A model generated the notes under the pieces. The model was not told the DNA's origin. It saw only the letters and a list, made by a program, of their open reading frames with translations, and did no database searches. Below, piece after piece: positions 54,350-64,000 of a DNA stretch of 64,000 nt. The stretch is from an uncultured Acidobacteriota bacterium. Its GTDB lineage: Bacteria > Acidobacteriota > Vicinamibacteria > Vicinamibacterales > UBA2999. Location of the stretch: contig CAVPRP010000011.1 of assembly GCA_963707825.1 (NCBI GenBank), forward strand, positions 524,858-588,857, read 5' to 3'. Position numbers and translations under genes: made by a program. The first letter of the stretch is position 1. Each line of letters begins with the position of its first letter.

Positions 54350-56720
54350 ATGAAGTACTTCTCGATGGAGCGCGCCGGACGGCGATCGCAGATCGCGTGC
54401 ACCGTTCGTGCTCCTGCTGCTCGGCCTGGCGCGCCCGACGTGGGCGCAGCCGGCGCCGGGCAGTATCGCGGGTGCCGTCAGCGATCAGACCGGCGCGGCT
54501 CTGCCAGGCGTCACCGTCGTCCTGCGAACGACGAGAGGCGAGGTGACGGGGAGCGCCATTGCCGGGGCCGATGGCCGCTATCGGCTCGATGGCATCCCGC
54601 CGGGCCGCTACGCAATCGAGTTCGAGCTGCCGAATTTCGTCCTGCTGCGCCGGGACGTGACGATCGAGCCGGGCCTCGTCCGCCCGGCTGACGCCACGTT
54701 GCGATTGACGATGTCGGCTGATGTGACGGTGACCGGCAAGCGGACGTTCCGGAACATCGCCGACCTGGATCGCCCCGATGGCGGCCTGATTGGCGTGGCC
54801 GACTCGGCGAGCGAGGGGCTGATCACCGGCCAGCAGATCGACGCGCGGCCGATCATGCGGGCCGGGGAGATCCTCGAAACGGTGCCGGGACTGATTGTCA
54901 GCCAGCACAGCGGCGAGGGCAAGGCGAACCAGTACTACCTGCGCGGCTTCAACCTCGATCACGGCACCGACTTCACGACGACGGTCGCGGGCGTGCCGGT
55001 GAACATGCCGACCCACGCGCACGGGCAGGGCTACTCGGATCTGAATTTCCTGATCCCCGAACTGGTGAGCGGCGTGCAGTTCCGGAAGGGGCCGTACTTC
55101 GCTGAGGAGGGCGACTTCTCGGCGGCCGGCGCGTCGCACATCCGCTATGCCAACGCGCTCGACGGCCCGCTGTTCCGTGTCAGCGGCGGCGAGGATGGCT
55201 GGGGCCGCGTGCTGGCGGCAGCTTCTCCACGCCTGGGGAAGGGCCGGCTGCTGGTGGCCGCTGAGGTCAACCACAACGACGGCCCGTGGGTGCACGGCGA
55301 CGACTACGAGCGGTTGAACGGCGTGGTCCGTTACAGCGTGGGCGATACGCTCAACGCGTGGTCGGTGACGGCGATGGGCTACGACGGCTCGTGGCAGGCC
55401 ACCGATCAGGCGCCCCGTCGCGCCATCGACAGCGGCGCGTTTTCGCGCTTCGACGGCGTGGACGACACCACCGGCGGCAGCACCTCGCGCGTGAGCCTGT
55501 CGGGCGACTGGCAGCGAACGACGCCGGGTGGGCTGACGCGAGCGAACGCCTATGTGATGCGTTATGACCTCGATCTCTTCTCCAACTTCACCTACTTCCT
55601 CGACGACCCCGTGAACGGCGACCAGTTTCAGCAATCGGATCGCCGCGTCGTCTCCGGAGGCCGTGTCTCGCATCGCCGGACGCCGCGACTGGGCGGACGG
55701 CCGACGGAGCTCGTGGTGGGCGCCGACCTGCGGCACGATGCGATCGGCAAGGTGGCGCTCTTGCACACGGTGGACCGACAGGCGCTCGCCACCACGCGCG
55801 ATGACCGCGTCGGCCAGAGCTCGCTGGCCGGCTATGTTCAGCACGAGGTGCAATGGACGCCGTGGATGCGTTCGAGCGCGGGCCTGCGGGTGGATCGCTT
55901 CACCTTCGACGTCGAGGCCGTCCAGCCCGAGAACAGCGGCACGGCCAGCGACGCGATCGCCAGCCCCAAGGGCGCGCTGATCTTCGGCCCGTGGCGCTCG
56001 ACCGAGTTCTACCTGAACGCGGGCACGGGCTATCACTCGAACGACGCCCGCGGCACCACGCTCGCCATCGACCCGATCAGCGGCGAGGCGCAGGACCGGG
56101 TGACGCCGCTGGCCCGCGCGAAGGGTATGGAAACGGGCCTCCGCATGGTGCCGATGCCGGGCTTCCAGACCGACATCTCGATGTGGCGGCTGGACCTCGA
56201 CTCGGAACTGCTGTTCATCGGCGATGCCGGCAACACCGAAGCCAGCCGAGCCAGCCGTCGCTGGGGTGTGGAGTGGAACACTTACGCCGCTCCCAGGCGG
56301 TGGCTGACGCTGGACGCGGACCTCGCGTGGTCGAAGGCCCGCTTCACGCAAGATGATCCGGCAGGGAACTACATTCCGGGCGCGGTCGAGCGCGTGATGT
56401 CGGCGGGCGTCACGCTCGACGCCGGCCGCACCACCTTCGGCAGCCTGCGGCTGCGTTACTTCGGCGGCCGCAACCTGATCGAGGACGGCAGCGTTCGGTC
56501 GAACCCGACCCGCCTGCTGAACGGGCAGGTCGGTGTGCGGCTGGCGTCTCGAACCGAGTTGGTGCTCGACGCGTTCAACCTGCTGAACGCCGAGGCCAGC
56601 GATATCGACTACCTGTATCGGTCCCGCCTGCCCGGCGAAGTCTCGGAGGGCGTGGCGGACATTCACACACATCCGACACTGCCACGCACGCTGCGAGTCT
56701 CGGTGCGCTGGCGGCCCTGA
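54350..56720 (+). CDS. TonB-dependent receptor (putative metal uptake type); probable frameshift near 54400
   Basis: GSIAGAVSDQTGAALPG, SQHSGEGKANQYYLRGFNLDHGTDF, HAHGQGY, GYHSNDAR, C-terminal DIHTHP..PRT. Confidence 0.9.
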
Positions 56721-56764
56721 GCCCGGATCCCCTCCGCGCCGCTCGCATGTAAGATCGCGCCACC

Positions 56765-57826
56765 ATGCGCGCGTTCTACCATCCCGAACAGGCCCTGCAC
56801 GATCCCCAGCAGTACATGCGGAACGGGCGCATCATTCCGCCCAAGGACCTGCCGGTGCGGACGACGAGGCTGCTCGAGGCCCTGGCCGGCCTCGGCATCG
56901 TCCCCGAGTCGCCTGGCGCCGACTCGGCCGATGCGCGGCTGGCGGTGCACACCAAGGAGTTTCTCGATTACCTCGCGAGCGCGTGGGACCGCTGGGGCGA
57001 GCTTCCCGAGCGTGGGCCTGAAGTGTGGCCGAACACGTTCCCCTACTGGAGCGGCCGTCCCGAGGACCCGGCCCGTCCGCCCTGCCCGGCCGAGAGCATC
57101 GTTGCTCGCACGGGGTGGTATCTCGGGGACCTGTCCGTGTCCCTGGGGCCGCACACCTGGACCTCGATTCGCCGCTCGAGCGACACCGCGGTGGCGGCGG
57201 CGGATGCGGTGCTCGCGGGCGAGCCGTCGGCCTACGCGTTGTGCCGGCCGTCGGGTCATCACGCGCGGGCCGACCGCGCCTCGGGCTTTTGTTTCGTCAA
57301 CAACACCGCGGTGGCAGCGGCCCGGCTGCGCACGCGCTTCGCGCGGGTGGCCGTGCTCGACGTCGACGCGCACCACGGCGACGGCACGCAACAAATCTTC
57401 TACGACCGCGAGGACGTGCTGACCATTTCCGTGCACGCCGATCCCCGCAACTACTATCCGTTCTTCACGGGCTACGTGGACGAACGGGGCACGGGAGACG
57501 GGGGCGGCTGCAACATCAACCTGCCGCTCGTGCACGGCTCCGGCGCCGACGCGATGTACGCCGCCGTGGACACGGGCTGCTCGCGCATCCGCGCCTACGC
57601 CGCCAGCGCGGTGGTGGTGGCGCTCGGGTTCGATGCCCACGTCCGCGATCCGATTGGCGTGTTGCGGCTCGAGAGCGCGGACTTCGCCGGCATCGGCGCG
57701 CGCGTCCGCGCGCTGGGACTGCCGACCGTGATCGTACAGGAGGGCGGCTACGCCATCGCCGACATCGGTGATTGCCTGGCCGCGTTTCTTACAGGATTCG
57801 CCGGCGGCGAAACCCCGTCCATGTAA
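56765..57826 (+). CDS. Histone deacetylase family protein (acetylpolyamine amidohydrolase-like)
   Basis: YALCRPSGHHA, GFCFVNN, LDVDAHHGDGTQ, SVH, LGFD, VQEGGY. Confidence 0.92.
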   Translation: MRAFYHPEQALHDPQQYMRNGRIIPPKDLPVRTTRLLEALAGLGIVPESPGADSADARLAVHTKEFLDYLASAWDRWGELPERGPEVWPNTFPYWSGRPEDPARPPCPAESIVARTGWYLGDLSVSLGPHTWTSIRRSSDTAVAAADAVLAGEPSAYALCRPSGHHARADRASGFCFVNNTAVAAARLRTRFARVAVLDVDAHHGDGTQQIFYDREDVLTISVHADPRNYYPFFTGYVDERGTGDGGGCNINLPLVHGSGADAMYAAVDTGCSRIRAYAASAVVVALGFDAHVRDPIGVLRLESADFAGIGARVRALGLPTVIVQEGGYAIADIGDCLAAFLTGFAGGETPSM

Positions 57827-57902
57827 GCAGGCGGGGCATGTGACGCCGAAAGCCAACCGCGCATACCATCCGGCTGTGACGGCGAACCCGCCAGGCATAC
57901 GG

Positions 57903-59126
57903 ATGAGGGCGTCGAGAGGGCCTGCCAGCCTGTTGCTGGGGGTGGCCATCACGCTACCGGCATGTGCCGCCGGTGGTCCGGGCGTACCGGATGGGTGGGC
58001 CGCCAATGCCCAGTCGCAACTGGCTCGCGAATGGGATCGGGCGGCCGACACCCCGCCAGAATTCCGCCGGCGACTGGCCGAGAGCCCGATCGCCTTCTTC
58101 CGGTTCGTCAATCGCCCGTGGACGCATGCGGTGTGCGACGCGTTTGCCGGCGACGCCAACGAGTTGCCGACGGCCAGACTTCACGGGGACGCGCACGTCG
58201 AGCAGTACGCGGTGACTTCAACCGCTCGTGGGCTGGACGATTTCGACGACTCGGCTCGCGGCCCCGCCGTCGTGGACATCGTTCGGTTCATCGGTTCCCT
58301 CGAACTGGCGACCGAACAGCGCGGTTGGACGGCCTCGCTGCCTCAGGCCGTCGATGCGTTCTTCGACGGGTACCGGCAGGCCCTCGACTCGCCGGCATAT
58401 CTGCCTCCGGATCCCGGCGTGGTCCGGCGGCTGCGCGCCCAGCCACTAAAGTCTCCGCTGGAGTTTCTCGCGTGGGCCGACTCGCTGATGGAACCGCTGG
58501 GCCCGGACGACGGTGTCCGGCTGGATACCTCCTGGAACGCCGTGGAGGCGTTCGCGGTTCGTACCGACCCGGAGTTCACGCCGGCTTTCATGAGGCGCAA
58601 AGAGTCCGGTTGGCTTCGGATGGGGATTGGCAGTGCCTTCACTCGCAAGTTGCTGATCCACGTCGAGGGGCCGTCGCCGGCGCCTGACGACGACCTGGTC
58701 CTGGAAGCGAAGGAGATGGTCGCCTTCGACCACGATTCATGCGTGAGCATCCCGCGCACTTCCGAAGCCTTCCGCGTGGTCGAAGGGCTGCAGCAGATGG
58801 GCCGCTTCGACCAGCGCATTGTCGTTGCCATGCCGGGGTTGGCCGGTGTCAGGCCCGACGGTGTGGGATGGTGGGTCAGGGGCTGGGATCGTTCCTACCG
58901 GGAGCTCCAGGTCGCCGATCTGGAATCGCCCGACGACCTTCGCGAGCTGGCGCACGATGTGGGCGCTCAACTGGGGGCGACCAATCTCGTCGATCCCACC
59001 GGCAGGCCTCCCAGCCAATTGCGACTCGCCGAGCGCGTGGCCATGGCGCGCCTCAAATCCCGCATTCGCCAGGTGGCCCACGAGTTGACGGTCGAACTCC
59101 TGCACGCGTGGGAGCAAGGGAGGTGA
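57903..59126 (+). CDS. DUF2252-like kinase-fold protein with putative lipoprotein signal
   Basis: LAESPIAFFR, LHGDAHVEQY, LDDFDDS, MGIGS, LVLEAKE. Confidence 0.65.
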   Translation: MRASRGPASLLLGVAITLPACAAGGPGVPDGWAANAQSQLAREWDRAADTPPEFRRRLAESPIAFFRFVNRPWTHAVCDAFAGDANELPTARLHGDAHVEQYAVTSTARGLDDFDDSARGPAVVDIVRFIGSLELATEQRGWTASLPQAVDAFFDGYRQALDSPAYLPPDPGVVRRLRAQPLKSPLEFLAWADSLMEPLGPDDGVRLDTSWNAVEAFAVRTDPEFTPAFMRRKESGWLRMGIGSAFTRKLLIHVEGPSPAPDDDLVLEAKEMVAFDHDSCVSIPRTSEAFRVVEGLQQMGRFDQRIVVAMPGLAGVRPDGVGWWVRGWDRSYRELQVADLESPDDLRELAHDVGAQLGATNLVDPTGRPPSQLRLAERVAMARLKSRIRQVAHELTVELLHAWEQGR

Positions 59127-59210
59127 AGGCGGTCGTCGCGCGGGCGGGCTGGAGAGGCTTTACACTGGGGCAGCTGAACCGCACCAGCTCACTGACCAGA
59201 GGACGCCCCG

Positions 59211-59684
59211 ATGTCGACTTTCACCCTGTTCCACGTGGCGATCAGCCTGATCGCGATTGCCGCCGGTTTCGTCGTCCTGGCCGGACTGCTCCGCGGCCAG
59301 CGGCTGGATGCGTGGACCGCGATTTTTCTCGTGACCACGATTGCCACCAGCGTCACGGGATACGGCATCCCGGCCGATCGACTGCTGCCCTCGCACGTGG
59401 TCGGCGCCATCTCGCTGGTCGTGCTCGCGATCGCGGTTTACGCGCTTTATCTGCGTCATCTCGAAGGCGGCTGGCGGCGCGCCTACGTGGTGACGGCGAT
59501 TACCGCGCTCTATCTGAATGTGTTCGTGCTCGTGGTCCAGCTGTTCATCCGCGTGCCGTTCCTGCAGCCGCTGGCGCCGACGCAGTCCGAACCGCCGTTC
59601 CAGCTGGCGCAGGCGGTGGTGTTGGTGGCGTTTCTGGCCTTCGGCCGAGCTTCGGTTCGTCGATTCCAGCCGAGCCGGGCGTAA
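59211..59684 (+). CDS. Integral membrane hypothetical protein
   Basis: FHVAISL, TSVTG, ALYLNVFVLVVQ.F...APTQSEPPF; GAGGA RBS. Confidence 0.8.
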   Translation: MSTFTLFHVAISLIAIAAGFVVLAGLLRGQRLDAWTAIFLVTTIATSVTGYGIPADRLLPSHVVGAISLVVLAIAVYALYLRHLEGGWRRAYVVTAITALYLNVFVLVVQLFIRVPFLQPLAPTQSEPPFQLAQAVVLVAFLAFGRASVRRFQPSRA

Positions 59685-59736
59685 GCTTGCATTGGCGCGA
59701 CGGGTCGCGCCAGACTGCACTCGGAGATTTACCCTG

Positions 59737-60201
59737 ATGAGTCAGATTACGTTGACGGTGAACGGGAAGCGGCAGACGGTAGACGTCGAGCCGACGACCC
59801 CGCTTCTGTATGTGCTGCGCAACGACCTCGGCCTGCAGGGCCCGCGCTTCGGGTGCGGCCTCGGGCAGTGCGGCGCCTGCACGGTCATCATCAAGGGCGA
59901 CGCGGTGCGCTCGTGCATCCGGCCGGTGTCGGCAGTGGCCGGCGCGGAAATCACCACGCTCGAAGGCCTCGCCGTGAACGGCAAGCTCCATCCGTTGCAG
60001 CAGGCCTGGATCGACGAGCAGGTGCCGCAGTGCGGGTTCTGCCAGAACGGCCAGATCCTCACCGCGAAGGTGCTGCTCGACAAGAACCCGGCGCCCAGCG
60101 ACGCGCAGATTCGCCAGGCGATGGCGACGACCCTGTGCCGATGCATGACGTATTACCGCGTCCAGGCCGCGATCAAGCGCGTGGCGAAGGTGAACGCATG
60201 A
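59737..60201 (+). CDS. (2Fe-2S) small subunit of a xanthine-oxidase-family enzyme (IorA/CoxS-like)
   Basis: FGCGLGQCGACTV, RSC, QCGFCQNG, LCRC. Confidence 0.93.
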   Translation: MSQITLTVNGKRQTVDVEPTTPLLYVLRNDLGLQGPRFGCGLGQCGACTVIIKGDAVRSCIRPVSAVAGAEITTLEGLAVNGKLHPLQQAWIDEQVPQCGFCQNGQILTAKVLLDKNPAPSDAQIRQAMATTLCRCMTYYRVQAAIKRVAKVNA

Positions 60202-62519
60202 CCGCCTCACGCCGCGACTTCCTCAAGACCTCCGGCATGCTGGTCGTCGGCTTCAGCGCGCTGCCGGCGCTCGAGGCCCACGCGCTGACCGGCGCCTTCG
60301 GGCAGGGCCCCGGACCATATCCGGATCCCGATTTCCATCAGCTGGACTCGTGGATTGTGATCCGCGCCGACAACAGCGCCACGTTCTACGTCGGCAAGAC
60401 CGACCTTGGACAGGGCACCGGCACCGCGTTCCGCCAGATCATGTCGGACGAACTGGACATCGCCTACGACCGCACCAGCTGCGTGATGGGCAGCACCGAC
60501 GTGACGGTCGATCAGGGCGGCTCGGGCGGCTCCGACGCGCTGCAGGCGGACGGCTGGCCGATGCGGCGCGTCGCCGCGGAAGCGCGCCGCGTGCTGCTGG
60601 AGATGGCGTCCACGCGCCTCGGTGCGCCGGTGGCGGCCCTCAGCGTGAGCGACGGCGTGGTCACCGCGACCGCCGACCCGGCCAGGCGCGTCACCTACGG
60701 CGAGCTGATTGGCGGCAAGCGTTTCAACGTGACGCTGACCGGCAAGGACACCGACAGCACCACCGGCACGGCGCCGCTCAAGACCGTCCAGCAGTTGAAG
60801 ATGGTGGGGCAGTCGCCGCAGCGGTACGACATCCCGGCGAAGGTGGACGGATCGCTGAAGTGGGCCGTGGACATGAAGGTGCCGGGGATGCTGCATGCCC
60901 GGAACGTCAAGCCGCCCGTGGCCGGCGCCACGCTGGTCAGCATCGACGAGTCGTCCGTGAAGGCGATTCCCGGCTTCGTCCGCGTGGTCAGCAAGGGTAA
61001 CTACGTGGCCGTGGTCTGCCGCCGCGAGGAGGAGGCGATCCGCGCCGCGCGGCAGCTCAAGGTGAACTGGCAGAAGCCGGCCTCGGCGCCGTTCCCGGCG
61101 TCCGACGATCTCTTCACGTTCATGCGCGCGGCCACACCCACGGTGAGCACGCCGCCGACCGTGGTCGGCGATCCGGCGGGCGCGATCACCGGCGCCGCCA
61201 CCGTGGTCGAAGCCGACTACGACGTGCCGTTTCAGGGCCACACTTCGTTCGGGCCCGCGCACGCGCTGGCCGATCCGTCGAACGATCAGCTGACCATCTA
61301 TTCCAACGACATGAAGTCGTACGGCCTGCGGAACGGCGTGGCCCAGTTCCTCGGCATCCCGCGCGATCGCGTGCGCGTGGTGTGGATGGAGGGACCGCAG
61401 GCGTTCGGCCGCACGGCGGCCGAGGACGCCGGCTTCGAGGCGGCGTTCCTGGCCAAGGAACTGGGCCGGCCGGTTCGCATCCAGTGGACCCGCCAGGAAG
61501 AGACCGCCTGGGACACCAAGGGCCCTGCCTACGCGGTGAAGATGCGCGGCGGCCTCGACGCCGAGGGCAATCTCGTCGCGCTCGACTACGAGGCGCGGGC
61601 TGCCGATCACAATCACCTCGGCTACAACGAGCACGACTCGGTGCTGATTGCGCAGCTGACGAATCAGCGCAAGGCGACGCCGGCCCGCGGCGGCGCCTCC
61701 ACGCCCAGCGACATGTACGCCGTCGCGAATCGGCGAATGGCCACCCACGTGGTGTCGCTGCCGCTGGTGTGGGAAACGCCGGTCCGCACCGGCAACCTGC
61801 GCGATCCAAACGGACCGCAGGTGACATTCGCCTCGGAGTCGTTCATCGACGAACTGGCGATGGCCGCCAAGGCCGACCCGGTGGCGTTCCGCCTCAAGCT
61901 GCTGGAGGCCGGCACCGCAGACGATCGCGGCTTCAAGCGCGCGCGGTCCATCGCCGTGGTCAAGGCCGCGGCCGAGAAATTCGGCTGGGACGCGCGACCC
62001 TCGCCGAAGCCGCGCGACACTGGCGACATCCTCACCGGGCGCGGCATCGCCTACGCCTTCCGCAGCGAGACGGTGGTGGCGCAGATCGCCGAGGTCGAGG
62101 TGAACCGCGTCACCGGCCACGTGTGGGTGAAGCGATTCGTGTGCGCCCACGACTGCGGCCTGATCGTGAATCCCGAGGCGCTGACGCGGGCGCTCGAGTG
62201 CGGCACGCTGCACTCGCTCAGCCGCGCGCTTTACGAAGAGGTCCGCTTCGACAACGAGAAGGTGACCAGCGTGGACTGGATCACACATCCCTCACTGACG
62301 CACCTCGATGTGCCCGAGCGCATCGACGTCGTGCTGGTGAACGGCGATCCCAACCCGCAGCGGCCCGACCTGCCGCACTACGGTGCGGGTGAGACGATCT
62401 GCAAGCCGACGCTGGCGGCGGTCGCCAACGCCGTCTTCGACGCCACCGGCGTGCGGCTGCGCCGCGTGCCGTTCCGCGACGCCCGCGTGCTGGCGGCGCT
62501 GAAGGCCGCCGGCGTCTGA
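60198..62519 (+). CDS. Molybdopterin-binding large subunit (IorB/nicotinate dehydrogenase B-like), Tat-exported
   Basis: SRRDFLK Tat motif, GKTDLGQG, AKVDG...GMLHAR, FASESFIDELA, AHDCG.IVNP, GAGE...AVANAVFDATGVRLR. Confidence 0.92.
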   Translation: MTASRRDFLKTSGMLVVGFSALPALEAHALTGAFGQGPGPYPDPDFHQLDSWIVIRADNSATFYVGKTDLGQGTGTAFRQIMSDELDIAYDRTSCVMGSTDVTVDQGGSGGSDALQADGWPMRRVAAEARRVLLEMASTRLGAPVAALSVSDGVVTATADPARRVTYGELIGGKRFNVTLTGKDTDSTTGTAPLKTVQQLKMVGQSPQRYDIPAKVDGSLKWAVDMKVPGMLHARNVKPPVAGATLVSIDESSVKAIPGFVRVVSKGNYVAVVCRREEEAIRAARQLKVNWQKPASAPFPASDDLFTFMRAATPTVSTPPTVVGDPAGAITGAATVVEADYDVPFQGHTSFGPAHALADPSNDQLTIYSNDMKSYGLRNGVAQFLGIPRDRVRVVWMEGPQAFGRTAAEDAGFEAAFLAKELGRPVRIQWTRQEETAWDTKGPAYAVKMRGGLDAEGNLVALDYEARAADHNHLGYNEHDSVLIAQLTNQRKATPARGGASTPSDMYAVANRRMATHVVSLPLVWETPVRTGNLRDPNGPQVTFASESFIDELAMAAKADPVAFRLKLLEAGTADDRGFKRARSIAVVKAAAEKFGWDARPSPKPRDTGDILTGRGIAYAFRSETVVAQIAEVEVNRVTGHVWVKRFVCAHDCGLIVNPEALTRALECGTLHSLSRALYEEVRFDNEKVTSVDWITHPSLTHLDVPERIDVVLVNGDPNPQRPDLPHYGAGETICKPTLAAVANAVFDATGVRLRRVPFRDARVLAALKAAGV

Positions 62520-62521
62520 CG

Positions 62522-63574
62522 ATGTGGGCGAGGACGCTGTTCGCGCTGGCGGCGGCGGCCTCCAGCCTCATCGGCAGCGATGCAGGCCGTCAGGCCGTCG
62601 CCTCGGATCGCCAGCAGCCCGCGGGGCCCTTCACCGCCTCCACCGATCTCGTCGTCGTGCCGGTGGTGGTCGAGGACCGCAAGGGTGCTTCGGTCCGGAC
62701 GCTGCGGCAGGAGGACTTCACGATCACCGAGGATGGCAAGCCCGTCGCGATCGAGACGTTCGTGGCGCCGGCGGCAACGGCCGAGGGCGGCATCGGCGCC
62801 GATGGCCGCTTCGTGGTCGTGGCGCTGGACAACATCACTACCCCCGCGGAGATTGCCTGGCGGGTGAAGGACATTGCCAACTACTTCGTGGACCGGATGG
62901 GGCCGGCCGACGACCTGTCGGTGATCACCCTCGCCAACGGCCGGGCCTCGTCCGGCGGCGGGAAGGAGGCCGCGCGCGCGGCGATTCGCCGTTTCGGTGC
63001 CACGATCTACACCGCGCGAACGCGCGCGGAGGTGGTGGCCGAGGGCCTTCAGTCGCTGGAATCGCTCACCGAGCAGATGGCGAAGTCGCCGCATCGGCGG
63101 AAGGTGCTGGCCATCATCGGCGCCAGCTACATGTTCAATCCCAGTGAGCCGTCGGCGTTTTACGATGTCGGGCCGAACCTCAGCGTGCATTGGGAAGGCG
63201 CGGTCCGCAACGCCAGCCGCAGCAACGTAAGCGTCTATCTGATCGATCCGCGCGGCCACGCGCCGATGGCCGAGGCCACTTCGTCTACCTCGCCGTCCCG
63301 CGAGTCATCCAACGGCTCCGGTGCCGGGCAGAACGCCCGCCAGTCCTTCGTCTATTCAGGCGCCGACACCTCGGGCAACTTCACCAGCCGGACTGGCGGC
63401 CAAGCCTGGGTCAACACCAACAACTACAAGGGCGCGGTCGAGTCCATCTGGCGCGACGCCGGCACTTATTACCTGCTTGGTTACCGGACGCCAGTGAACG
63501 ACCACCGCCTGCACGACATCGAAGTGAAGGTGCGGGACGGCCTGAAGCTACGAGCCCGCCGCGCCCGCGGGTGA
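62522..63574 (+). CDS. VWA domain protein, Acidobacterial type
   Basis: FTASTDLVVVPVVVEDRKG..V..L.QEDF.I.EDG, SVYLIDPRG, TGG, YYLLGY, IEVKV...RAR.G. Confidence 0.88.
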   Translation: MWARTLFALAAAASSLIGSDAGRQAVASDRQQPAGPFTASTDLVVVPVVVEDRKGASVRTLRQEDFTITEDGKPVAIETFVAPAATAEGGIGADGRFVVVALDNITTPAEIAWRVKDIANYFVDRMGPADDLSVITLANGRASSGGGKEAARAAIRRFGATIYTARTRAEVVAEGLQSLESLTEQMAKSPHRRKVLAIIGASYMFNPSEPSAFYDVGPNLSVHWEGAVRNASRSNVSVYLIDPRGHAPMAEATSSTSPSRESSNGSGAGQNARQSFVYSGADTSGNFTSRTGGQAWVNTNNYKGAVESIWRDAGTYYLLGYRTPVNDHRLHDIEVKVRDGLKLRARRARG

Positions 63575-63587
63575 CTTGATTGGGCCG

Positions 63588-64000
63588 CCCCAAGCCCCAA
63601 GCCCCAAGCCCCAAGCCTCAAGCCCCAATGCAAGGCAGAAGGCGGAAGGCAGAAGGCAGAAGGCAAAAACCGGCAGACGGCAGTCGGCAGACGGCAGTCG
63701 GCAACCGGTGTGGGTGTCCGGTGTCCGGTGTCGGCATCCGGCGTCCAGTATCCGGCGGCCGGCAACATCGGAATCGCAGACAGCAAGCCGCACAATCCTA
63801 GGAACACCGAACCCAGAACCTCGAGCCCCAAGCGTCAAGCCCTCAAGACTCAAGACCCAAGACCCAAGACTCAAGACTCAAGACTCAAGACTCAAGACTC
63901 AAGACTCAAGACTCAAGACTCAAGACGAGCCCCAAGCCTCACGCCTCACGCCTCACGACCTCAAGACCCAAGACCCAAGACTCAAGACCCAAGACTCAAG
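63588..64000. repeat. Mosaic heptamer tandem repeat tract, runs off the right edge
   Basis: (CCCCAAG)n, (GCAGAAG)n, (GCAGWCG)n, (GTGTCCG)n, (ACTCAAG/ACCCAAG)n, (CCTCACG)n. Confidence 0.95.

Noticed and set aside
13628-62288. Long antisense or alternative-frame ORFs (e.g. 13628-16060 +, 35320-37578 -, 54327-56672 -, 60207-62288 -)
   Set aside because: Shadow ORFs expected in high-GC DNA, lying opposite genes with clear motifs.
63588-64000. CRISPR array or coding sequence
   Set aside because: Units are 7 nt with no unique spacers and no cas genes; the overlapping ORFs are low-complexity translations of the repeat.

Overview
High-GC bacterial window whose gene set (three ADOP/MacB-type orphan ABC permeases with PadR, an Acidobacterial-type VWA protein, Ser/Thr kinase-TPR fusion, carboxypeptidase-regulatory-domain TonB-dependent receptors) points to Acidobacteriota, probably Vicinamibacteria (inference). 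No rRNA, tRNA, CRISPR array, integrase or transposase was recognised. Many otherwise intact genes carry single frameshifts, probably long-read indel errors. Left end: ATP-dependent DNA ligase and ligase-associated exonuclease. Next, a ~10.8 kb block of mostly decayed genes (tal, ECF sigma, GNAT, kinase, htpG, plus GT4 and asnB) is bracketed by a ~275 bp direct repeat with a 101 bp identical core and no integrase. The rest holds transport, regulatory, metal-handling and secreted-enzyme genes. Best candidate for an undescribed system: a Met/Cys-rich 34-codon leader peptide with a sigma70-like promoter and mutually exclusive antiterminator/terminator hairpins (46475-46675) upstream of a TonB-dependent receptor, i.e. 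a putative sulfur-amino-acid attenuator. Also notable: 11-bp-periodic SARP-type boxes before a tiny DUF1059-like gene, an ECF/anti-sigma-controlled DUF4331-TPR-TBDR operon, and mosaic 7-mer and 8-mer tandem repeat tracts. All family calls come from motif recognition by eye; no database search was run.
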